NCBI GenBank assembly: GCA_963575745.1
Contig: CAUYUJ010000226.1
Span: 1-64,000 of the forward strand
Origin: Prorocentrum cordatum
Taxonomy: Eukaryota
Reading direction: 5' to 3'
DNA: 64,000 nucleotides
How positions within the stretch are numbered: the stretch's first letter is position 1; every line of letters begins with the position of its first letter. The notes under the pieces are model-generated. The model was not told where the DNA came from and made no database searches. It worked only from the letters and a program-made list of their open reading frames with translations. Position numbers and translations under genes: made by a program. Below, one piece after another: positions 11,740-22,301 of the stretch.

Positions 11740-13900
11740 GTTTCTTTGATTATCGAGGACGCCCACGGCGAATCACCGCCGCGCACTGCCTTTTTGGAAT
11801 CGCCCATGTGGCCGAGCGTTGTGGCAATAGCTCTGCCAAGCTATCGGACCATGTTTTCTTCCAGCCGTTGTGGAAACCCTTCGGGGAACACTTGGGGGAG
11901 GATGGCGGGGAAGATCAGGAGGTGAAGGAGGAGGAGGAGGAGGAGGAGGAGGAGGAGGAGGAGGGGGCATCTTGGGAGCCTCTTGGGGCACTCTTGGGGC
12001 CTCCTGGGAGCTTCCTGGGAGACTCTTGGAGGCATCTTGGGGCCTCCTTGGGCCTCTTGGAGGCCGTTGGGGGCTTCTCGGGAGCCTCTTTGCCCGTCTT
12101 CGGGCGTTCCTGTCCTGTCTGACGCTGTCGGTAACCGTCTTGGGGGCCTCTCTTGGCCGACTCGGGACCCTCTTGGGGTGCTCCAGGGCCGTCTTGGAGG
12201 ACATCTTGGGCGTCTTGAAGGCCTCTTGGGCAGTCTTGGCGCCCTCTTGGGGCCGTCTTGGGGGCCTCTTGGGCCGTTCTGGGGCCATCTTGGAGGCCTC
12301 TTGGGCGATCTTTGGGGGCTCTCGGGCCGTCGAATGGCCGAAAATAATCAAATGCTAAAATCATGCAAAAAGGGAAATCAACGATGTTTGCCTCTCTGGG
12401 CCTTCCTGGAGGCCTTCTGGGGGGGTTCCTGGGCCGTCTTGGAGGCATCTTGGGGGGCCTCTTGCGGACCCTTTGGGCCGTCGTAAGCCATCTTGAGGCC
12501 ACCTTGGGCCGTCTTGGGTGCATCTTGGGGCCATGTTGGAGTCTCTTGGGGCCACTGTGGCCGTCTTGGAGGCATCTCGGAGGCCGCCTGGAGACATCTT
12601 GGGCGTCGGAGAGTCCATCTTCAGCCGCCTTGGGGATTTTTTTTTTCGTGGACGTCGTTGTTTGCGGTCCTCTCGGGTGGCGGGCGCGTTGGGCCGAGTC
12701 AACCGGGGGAGTTCTTTTGGAAACAAGTCAAAAACCCTGGATTGCAAAAAAACCCTTCGAAGGATTGCAAAAAAACCTGGGCGAAGGATTGCAAAAAACC
12801 CTGGTTTTTTTTGCAATCCTGGGTTTTTTTGCAATCCCTGGGTTTTTTTTTGCAATCCTGGGTTTTTTTGCAATCCTTCGCTGTAGGATTCAGCACGCCG
12901 GGCGCTCCTGTGATAAGACCACAGGGGGCGGCGGATCGAGGACGCCTACGGCGAATCACCGCCGCCCCCTGCCTTTGTGGAAGCGCCTATGTGGCCGAGC
13001 GTTGAGGCCAGACCTGCCAAGCTATCGGACCATGTGTTCCCCGAATCGGTTTGGACAGCCTTCGGGGAACACGTGGGTATCTTGAAGGTCATCTTGGCCG
13101 CCTGGAGGCCATTTTGACCATTTCGGGCCTTCTTGGAGGACGTCTTGGAGCCGTCTTGGGCGCTTCGTGGGCCGTTCTGGGGCCATATTGGAGGCCTCTT
13201 GGGCGATCCGTGGGCGATCTTTGAGAGCTCTTGGGCCGTATCGGGCCGTCGGAAGGCCGAAACGAAGCAACTGTCAGAATTCTTCAAAAGCCTACGGGAA
13301 ATTACCATTTTGGGCATTTTCTGGCCTTCCTGGAGGCCCTCTTGGAGGCCTCTTGGGCCGTCTTGGGCCAGCTGCGAGCCACCTTCGGCCATCTTGGTGG
13401 GCTCCTGGCCCGTCTGACGCCGTCGGAAGCCGTTTCGGGTGCCTTTCTGGGCCGACTTGGGGCCCTCTTGGGGTACACCATGGCCGTCTTAGAGGCCATC
13501 TTGGGCGTCTTCGAGGCCTCTTGGGCAGTCTTGGCGCCCTCTTGGGGCCGTGTTGGGGGCCTCTTGGGCCGTTCTGGGGCCATCTTGGAGGCCTCTTGGC
13601 GATCTTGGGGCGACCTTGAGGGCCTCTGGGGAAGTCTTGGGCCGTCGGAAAGCCGAAAAGGCACAAATGCCAAAATCCTTCAAAAACCACTGGAAAATCA
13701 ATGATTTTGGCCTCTGCGGGCCTTCCTCGAGGACCTCTTGGAGCCCTTTTAGGCCGTCTTGCCTCTTGCGGGCCTTTTGGCCCGTCTTAGACCATATTGA
13801 GGCCATCTTGGGCTGTTTTGGATGCATCTTGGGGCCATCTTAGCCGTCTTGGAGGCCATCTTGGCTGTCTTGGAGGCATCTTGCAGGCCATCTTGGGCCA
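11740..13900. repeat. Low-complexity CTCTTGG-rich (GGGCCTCTTGG) dispersed repeat, two related blocks
   Basis: Degenerate 10-11-bp units. The leader GAGGACGCC.ACGGCGAATCACCGCCGC...CTGCCAAGCTATCGGACCATGT is shared at ~11755 and ~12938. Confidence 0.8.
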
Positions 13901-13914
13901 TCTTCGTGATGTTA

Positions 13915-15520
13915 CCTAACAGCGAAGACTGATAGGGTCAAAATAAGCATCATGACTCCCCAGGGGGGTCTTGGCGGCATCCAGACAGGGATCCGCGGAA
14001 ATCGTTTTCAGCAAACAGTTACGCACTTCGTTGTGTTCGAGGTCCCAGAACTCATTCTGAATGCCCAGAGCCAACTGTAGACCATTTCGTGCTCTTCGAG
14101 TTCCCAGAACTCCATTCCCGGGCCACATTTTGAATGCCCGGAGCCAACTGAAGGCCACTTCGTGCTCTTCGAGTTCCCAAAACTCCATTCCCGGGCCACA
14201 TTTTGAATGCCCGGAGCCAACTGTAGGCCACTTCGTGGTTTTCGAGTTCCCAGAACTCCATCCCTGGGCATGATTTTGAATGCCCGGAGCCAACTGTAGG
14301 CCACTTCGTGGTCTTCGAGTTCCCAGAACTCCATTCCTGGGCATGATTTTGAATGCCCGGAGCCAAGTGTAAGCCACTTCGTGGTCTTCGAGTTCCCAGA
14401 ACTCCATTCCTGGGCATGATTTTGAATGCCCGGAGCCAACTGCAGGCCACTTCGTGGTCTTCGAGTTCCCAAAACTCCATTCCTGGGCCACATTTTGAAT
14501 GCTGAGGCAGGCTGAGGCTGAGGCTGAGGCAGGCTGAGGCTGAGGCAGGCTGAGGCTGAGGCCGAGGCTGAAGGCAGACTGAGGCTGAGGCTGAAGCAGG
14601 CTGAGGCTGAGGCTGAGGCAGGCTGAGGCTGAGGCTGGCTGATGCTGAGGCAGGCTGAGGCTGAGGCTGAGGCTGATGCAGGCTGAGGCTGAGGCAGGCT
14701 GAGGCTGAGGCCGAGGCTGAAGGCAGACTGAGGCTGAGGCTGAAGCAGGCTGAGGCTGAGGCTGAGGCAGGCTGAGGCTGAGGCTGAGGCAGGCTGAGGC
14801 AGGCTGAGGCTGAGGCTGAGGGCTGAGGCTGAGGCGAGGCTGGCTGAGGCTGAAGGCTGAGGCTGAGGCTGAGGCAGGCTGAGGCTGGCTGCAGGCTGAG
14901 GCTGAGGCTGAGGCTGAGGCTGATGCAGGCTGAGGCTGAGGCAGGCTGGCTGAGGCCGAGGCTGAAGGCAGACTGAGGCTGAGGCTGAAGCAGGCTGAGG
15001 CTGAGGCTGAGGCAGGCTGAGGCTGAGGCTGAGGCAGGCTGATGCTGAGGAGGCTGAGGCTGAGGCTGAGGCTGAGGCTGATGCAGGCTGAGGCTGAGGC
15101 AGGCTGAGGCTGAGGCCGAGGCTGAAGGCAGACTGAGGCTGAGGCTGAAGCAGGCTGAGGCTGAGGCTGAGGCAGGCTGAGGCTGAGGCAGGCTGAGGCT
15201 GAGGCTGAGGCTGATGCAGGCTGAGGCTGAGGCAGGCTGAGGCTGAGGCCGAGGCTGAAGGCAGACTGGGGCTGAGGCTGAAGCAGGCTGAGGCTGAGGC
15301 TGACGCAGGCTGAGGCTGAGGCTGAGGCAGGCTGAGGCTGAGGCAGGCTGAGGCTGAGGCTGTGACTGCGACAGCCGTTGCCACTGCGACTGTCATCGCG
15401 AATTCGACTGCGACTGCGAGAACAGCATAATTCTACAACTGGATTCTCATCTGAATCTTAAGGGGAATGCTTCCAGATATGCTCCTACACGTCGCTGTTA
15501 GGTTGCTTTGCCGGGATCAT
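13915..15520. repeat. Composite repeat copy 1: 73-bp minisatellite + (GAGGCT)n + shared tail
   Basis: A 73-bp period (TGAATGCCCGGAGCCAACTGTAGGCCACTTCGTG...) occurs at 14131, 14204 and 14277. The hexamer tract is at 14501-15360 and the tail GCCGTTGCCACTGCGACTGTC...GCTTTGCCGGGAT follows. Confidence 0.9.
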
Positions 15521-15996
15521 TTTGAGGGTGTCCCGAGCGAAACTGCCGTTTTTGGGGCTTCGCAGCCACCTCTGGGCAAGCCTCCCGGGACCCCGGCGGG
15601 ACGGGCCAGAGGCCCAGGGGGAGTTCTTTTGGAAAAAGAACTACTAAAACCAAAACCGTAATAGTCCAGCACGCCAGGCACCCCTTTGCTAACGCATAGG
15701 GGGGCGGCGGATCGAATGGTCTTCGACCCATCCCGCTACCGTGCTTGGGGTATGATCGTTGGGATCTCGTGGGCGGCCTCTCGGGGGCCTCCTAGAGGCA
15801 GTCTGGACGCCTCTTGGGGGCTTTGTGGCGTCTCTTTTGGGCCGCTTTAGGGGCCTCTTGGGGCATCTTGGAGGCCTTCTGGGGGCCCCTTGGGGCTTCC
15901 TGAACGCCTCTGGGGGCCGCCTGGGGACTTGCGGCGGAACGCTCGGATTTTCGGATCGTGTTCTCTCTTTGGGGCACCCTTTTAGGGCAGTTTAAA

Positions 15997-17546
15997 CGTA
16001 ACAGCGAACACTGATAGGTCTCTTGTGGGGTCCAAAGAGAGCGTCTTGACTCCCCAGGGGGGTCTGGGCAGGATCCGGAGATGCCGGGGAAAACCGGGGA
16101 CTTTCCATTTTCATTGCCATGAGCCACATTTTGACTGCCCGGAGCCAACAGAACAACATTCCCAGGCCACATTTTGAATGCCCGTAGGCCACTTCGTGTT
16201 CTTCGTGCTCCCAGAACACCATTCCCAGGCCACATTTTGAATGCCCGGAGCCAACTGTAGGCCACTTCGGGTTCTTCGTTTTCCCAAAACACAATTGCCA
16301 GGCCATATTTTGAATGCCCAGAGCCAACTGTAGACCACTTCGTGTTCTTCGTGTTCCCAGGACACCATTCCCGGGCTAATTTTGAATGCCCAGAGCCAAC
16401 TGTAGGCCACTTCGTGTTCTTCGTGTTCCCAGAACACCACTCCTGCACCATATTTTGATTGCCCGGAGCCAACTGCAGGCCACTTCGCAATCTTCGTGTT
16501 CCCAGAACACCAGTCCTGTGCCATAGTTTGAATGCCCGAGCTGAGGCAGGCTGAGGCCGAGGCAGGCTGAGGCCGAGGCAGGCTGAGGCTGAGGCTGAGG
16601 CACGCCGAGGCAGGCTGAGGCTGAGGCTGAGGCAGGCTGAGGCTGAGGCTGACGCAGGCTGAGGCTGAGGCTGAGGCAGGCTGAGGCTGAGACAGGCTGA
16701 GGCTGAGGCTGAGGCAGGCTGAGGCTGAGGCTGAGGCCGAGGCAGGCTGATGCAGGCTGAGGCTGAGGCCGAGGCAGGCTAAGGCTAAGGCTGAGGCTGA
16801 TGCTGTGGCAGGCTGAGGCTGAGACAGGCAGAGGCTGAGGCTGAGGCAGGCTGAGGCTGAGGCAGGCTGAGGCTGAGGCCGAGGCAGGTTCAGGCCGAGA
16901 CAGGCTGAGGCTGAGACTGAGGCTGAGGCTGAGGATGAGACCGAGGCAGGCCGAAGCTGAGACAAGGTCAGGCTGAATGGGGGGGAGGGAAGGGGGGGGG
17001 AGGAGGGGAGGCTGAGGCAGGCTGAGGCCGAGGCAGGCTGAGGCCGAGGCAGGCTGAGGCTGAGGATGAGGCAAGCCGAGGCAGGCTGAGGCTGAGGCTG
17101 AGGCTGAGGCTGAGGCAGGCTGAGGCTGAGGCAGGCTGAGGCTGAGGCTGACGCAGGCTGAGGCCGAGGCAGGCTGAGGCGGAGGCTGAGGCAGGCTGGG
17201 GCTGAGGCCGAGGCAGGCTGAGGCTGAGGCTGAGGCAAGCCGAGGCAGGCTGAGGCTGAGGCTGAAACTGATGCAGGTTGAGGCATCCGTAGGAATCCAT
17301 AGCAAGCCTTAGGAATCCGTAGGCATCCTTAGGAATCCGTAGGCATAGTTAAGCATCCTCAGGGCTCCTTGGGAATCCTTAGGATTCCAATGGATCCTAG
17401 GGCCGTTGCCACTGCGACTGTCATTGCGAATGCGACTGCGACTGCGAGAACAGCAGAATTCTACAACTGGGTTCTCACCTGAATCCTAAGGGGAATGCTT
17501 CCAGATATGCTTATACACATCGCTGTTAGGTTGCTTTGCCGGGATA
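15997..17546. repeat. Composite repeat copy 2 (same three modules)
   Basis: Same TAACAGCGAA.ACTGATAGG start, related minisatellite at 16125-16540, (GAGGCT)n at 16540-17283 and same tail at 17402-17546. Confidence 0.9.
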
Positions 17547-19424
17547 ATGTGGCTCTTGGGCGCCTTTTGGGCTGTCTTGAAGTCCTCTTGGGCCGTTTTG
17601 GGGCCCTCTTGGAGGCCTCTGGTGTGAAGTTTTGGGGCGGTCCTGGGGGCCTCTAGGGCCGCCTGGGAGCGTCGGGAAGCCGAAAAGGCGAGAACGCCAA
17701 CATCCTTCAAACACCGAAGGGAAATCAATGATTCTGGCCCCTTGGGGCCCTCTCGGGGGGCCTCTTGGAGGCATCTTTCGGCGTCTCGGAGGCCTCTTGG
17801 GCCGTCTGGGGGCCATCTTGCGCGTCTTGCAGCGATCGTTCGGTGCCTCGGGCCCCTCTTCGGTCATCTCGGGGGCTTCTTGGGGCCCTCTCGGCCCGTT
17901 TCTTGAGGCCCTCCTGGGCCCGAGAGGTTCTGCGACAGCACCTCCTGGAGCCCAGGGGGGCGCGCGGGCAGCCCCGGGGGGGGGCGCGCCAGGCCCTGGG
18001 AGATCTGAGAGCGCGGGGTCCACGTGCTGTGAAGAACCCTCTTGAGTGAGGAGGAGGAGGAGGAGGAGGAGGAGGAGGAGGAGGAGGAGGAGGAGGAGGA
18101 ATCAGAGAGAGCACCTGAGGACGCGCCCGCTCCGTGCCCAGCGGCACGTTGGCGGATCTGTGTCGGGCGTTGTTGGATCGCCACTGTTTCCTGGTACGCT
18201 TGCACCCGTAGGCGTCCCCGGCCAGTCCCACTGCACTCGCGACCCGAGAAGCCTCGTCCAAGCGTTCTGGCAGGGATATGAACTCCTCGCCCGCTTCGCT
18301 TGCCCTTTCGCCCTCCTCCGATCACCCTTCTGCCCCCTCCATGAATGTTGTTCTTCCCCAGCGCCAGGGCTCGCGGATATTCTGCGCCCTCGCTCCACAT
18401 CTTGGGGCTCTCCCCGCCCATTTGCATCCCCATTCTCCCCCCCCTCTTCGCATCCCCTCCCGTGCGCCACCTCGCCTCCGTTCTCTTTCTTCACCAAGCC
18501 ATCTCATCATCGCCCTCCTGCGCCTCCTGCTCATCCTCCTCCCGTCCTCCTGCCCTCACCCTCTGCAAGCCCTCGTCTACCCCCCATCCCTCTCCAAGCT
18601 CTCCTTTCTCCCCTTGTCCCGCTCTCTGCTCCTCCTTCCCGCCCTCTCCCAGGGGAGGAGGAGGAGGGGAAAGAGGAGGAGGAGGAGGAGGAGGAGAAGG
18701 AGGAGGAGGAGGACAAGGAGGAGGAGGAGGAGGAGGCGGAGGCGGAGGAGGAGGAGGAGGAGGAGAAGGAGGAGGAGGAGGAGGAGAAGGAGGAGGAGGA
18801 GGCGGAGGCGGAGGCGGAGGAGGAGGAGGAGGAGGCGGAGGCGGAGAAGGAGGCGGAGGCGGAGGTGGAGGCGGAGGCGGAGGCGGAGGCGGAGGAGGAG
18901 GAGGAGGAGGAGGAGAGGGAGGGAGGGAGGGAGGGAGGGAGGGAGGGATTTCCAGGATTTCCGCCATCACGTAGTGATATTACACAAGCCGCCCTCTGAG
19001 CTCGAAAGCGAAGACGCCGAACCAGAGGAGGAAGGACAGGTACCAACAGAAACTTATGAATATTGCCCAGAAGCAGAAGCCGACCCATACACGACCTGAT
19101 AACAGCAATACCACGAGAAAACTGCCATGCCGGCCCAAATACAAATAAAACCTGAAGCTGTGCCGCCGAGTTGACACCACATTGACATAACCAGTGGCTA
19201 AGCGGAAGTGAGTTTGACTCTATAAGGCCCTAGCCGTGGATCACTGGGCTAACTCTCGCAATGAAGGAAGGAGCTCGCCTCACCCACAGACCACCTCGCC
19301 CCAGCCGAACAACGGAAGTGCCACTGACAGCAGAAGCCCCAGACTGCAACGCTTGCAAACATCATAACGCTTGCAATACAACCCAGATCAGGATACAGAA
19401 GCATACAAAACTGTCAGAAGAGAT

Positions 19425-19980
19425 GGTACGCCCAGGCCGCGGGGTGAAGGGCTTAAGTGGGCTCGCAGCCCCCGTGCCTCCAACCTAACCCACGGCATGG
19501 GACGGAACTTCGGGAAGATGAGTGGCAGATGTATGCCCAGGCCGAGGGGTGGAGGGCTTAGATGGGCTCGAAGCCCGCGTGCCTCCAACCCAACCCCAGC
19601 CCTGGCTCGGAACTTGCAGAAAACTCCCGTGAACACTGACCATACCCAGAGCAGCCCAAATGGAAGTACCCTCCAGCTCGTTCTGCCTTAACCATGGCCC
19701 TGTAAGGTTCAGTAAGGACAACTGCATATTGCCAACTCGAAGACCTTGCCAAAACCAGCCCTTCTGGAGAAGGCACCACGTCGCGAAACGGCGTCATGAT
19801 ACCCTCCATATTGTTATGCCTTCGCCCAAGGCCCCAATAAAACTGCATGCGTAGCCGATGAACCCACTGCCTGAGACGGGACTTCACGTAGCCGAAGAGG
19901 TACGCCCAGGCCGAGGGGTGAAGGGCTTAGATGGGCGCGAAGCCCGCGTGCCTCCAACCCAACCCTCGGCCTGGGACGGA
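19425..19980. mobile_element. Three copies of a ~75-bp hairpin mini-element
   Basis: Copies at ~19430, ~19535 and 19905-19975. The third has perfect 13-bp IRs CCCAGGCCGAGGG/CCCTCGGCCTGGG. Confidence 0.7.
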
Positions 19981-20536
19981 CGTTGAAATTGATGTTCACG
20001 AGGAACCCAAAACACCAATCTTGCAAAACTCGTCGACCGAAAACTTTGCACTGTACTAGCAAACCGCACGAATGTAACAACTGTTGTGTCGCAGTCAAGC
20101 GGTGCCCCTCAAGCACCACGGGGAGGTTCAGTGCAGGACAGGGAGCATGCCGAGATGAGCCAAACACTGGTTCTACTGCGCTCCGCGCCCCTGAGCTTGA
20201 GGGGAGGGATGGAGGGAGGGAGAGAGGGTGGAGGGAGGAGGGAGGAGGGAGGAGGGACGGGAGGGACGGGAGGGAGAGAGGGAGGGAGGGAGGGAGGGAG
20301 GGAGGGAGGAGAAGGAGGAGGAGGAGAGAGGAGGAGGAGCGGAGGGAGGAGGGAGGAGGAGGAGGGAGGAGGAGGAGCAGGAGGAGGGGAGGAGGAGAGG
20401 AGGAGGAGGAGAGGGAGGAGGGAGGAGGGCAGAGGAGGAGGGAGGAGGAGGAGAGGAGGGAGGAGGGAGGAGGGAGGAGGAGGAGGAGGAGGAGGAGGAG
20501 GAGGAGGAGGAGGAGGAGGAGGAAGAGGCGGAGGAG

Positions 20537-20571
20537 GACCATGTCCATGGCCCGCTCCTCCCTGGCACCCG
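20537..20571 (+). CDS. EamA-like transporter, candidate micro-exon (R-TMSMARSSLAP-G)
   Basis: GAG acceptor and G|GC donor, phase 2 in and phase 1 out, joining in frame to 31615. An alternative frame (DHVHGPLLP-G) also fits. Confidence 0.45.
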
Positions 20572-22301
20572 GCGGTGCGCCACAGTAGGGGGAGGCGGAC
20601 GGTCCTCGGTTCTCGGGCGTTCTCGTCGGCTCTCGGCGGTTTGCCGGCGCAGGGACGCTCTCCCGCAGCTGCCCCTTTCTGGGGCGCTCGGGGGTGCCCG
20701 GGTCGTCCCGACCGTCCGCTGGAGGTCCGAGCTGTGACCCGCAAGACACCAGCAGAGGCCGAGGAGTCTTCGCAGCCTGCTCCGAAGACGGGGTCGGCTT
20801 CTCAGAAGTCCGGAGGGCTCCCGAGAAGCCCCGCCACCGCCTGAGGAATGCCGGGCCCCCCTCACTTCCTTCCCCAGTGCTGGCCGCCAAGGCAAGGCTT
20901 GCGCCGCACGCCTCACGCGGACGCTCTCCGAGCGATCGGGGCCACTTCCGACCCTAGCATGTTGGACGGCAGCGGCTTCAGTGACGAGTCCTCGAATGTG
21001 GGAAGGCAGGGAGGCAAACTGTTGTAAGCGCCGATGCCCGACGTGGAGGAAGCCTGTCATTGTCAGGAGTGGAAACACCACAGACACAACTAATCGCCGA
21101 TTCCAAGGGGAGTATGGGAAAATATGGGAAGTGGGAGGGGAAACGAAATTCCATTACATATGGTGAAATATTGTGAATCCTGGGACTAGTGTGTATTTAT
21201 GTGTGTGTCCCTGGGCCCCTTCATACATTAGCTGCGCATTACGATACCATTGGCCCCTCCCACATGCCCTGTCACCCGGAGTGGCTCCCCGCCTCTTTTC
21301 GAGCCGCAATCCATCGCCTTCGGGAATTTGGGCTCGAGCGCGTTGCGCGCATGTCTTGGCCAAGGGGGTTATCGGATCGACCCTCCGCTTGAACCTATAC
21401 ATACGCAGCCTACTTTACATACGAACAACGTACTGAGCGCAGCAAGCCCGCCATGGTCAGAAAGGCGCTCGACGTGGACCCGGCCGTCCTCTCTGTCGAG
21501 AAAGGCCCGGCCGCAGCAACACAGTGGGCTGCCTGGAGGAGAGACGAAGGGAGGCAAGGTGGAGGGAGGAGCAGGAGGATGCAGGAGGCACGACCGCCTA
21601 CGAGCCGATTCGCTGCGATTTGATGCGCCGATTCGCTGCGACCGCGATCCCGATGCGTTTCGATGCGCTCCGAGTCGCCGGCATCGGCCAGGGCCAGCAG
21701 GAGCCGGGCGCGGCGCTCCCACTTCGAGTCGAGTGGGGGCGATGCGTCGGCGACCCGATCCGCTCCCGACCTGATCGGACTCCGCGGTTCGATCCCGACC
21801 AAGCCCGCGAGAACGGCCGAGAAGCGAGGGGAGGGAGGGAGGACGAGGATCAGAGGAGTGGGGCCTGTGGGCGTGGGCCACCCCCGAGGCTGCCCCCGAG
21901 CCTCCCGCGGGCTGGCCCCGGAACGCGTGGTTGCCACGGTGCCGCCCAAGGGCCGTGCCATCCTCCTCCTCCTCCTCCTTCTCCTCCTTCTCCTCGTCCT
22001 CCTCATCCTCATCCTCGCCCTCCCTCCCCCTCCTCCCTCTTCCTCCTCCTCATCCTCTTCCGCCTCCTCCTCCTCCTCCTCCTCCTCCTCCTCCTCATTC
22101 TGCCACTCCTCCTTCTCCTCCTCGTCCTCCTCCTCCTCTTCCTCCTCCTCATGCTCCTCCTCCACCCCCTTTCTTCTCCCTCTCCTCCTTCTCCTTCTCC
22201 TCCTGCTTCTTCTCCTCCTCCTCCTCCTCTTCCTCCTCCTCCCCATCCTCCCTCCTCTCCTCCTCCTCCTCCTCCTCCACCTCCTCCTCCTCCTCCTCCT
22301 C

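Noticed and set aside
11773..13843. LGASWGPLG-type ORFs on both strands
   Set aside because: Products of the CTCTTGG low-complexity repeat that recurs at several places in the window.
14008..17305. Long Ser/Ala, Leu/Ser and Pro/Gln ORFs
   Set aside because: They are translations of (GAGGCT)n, which is stop-free on the minus strand.
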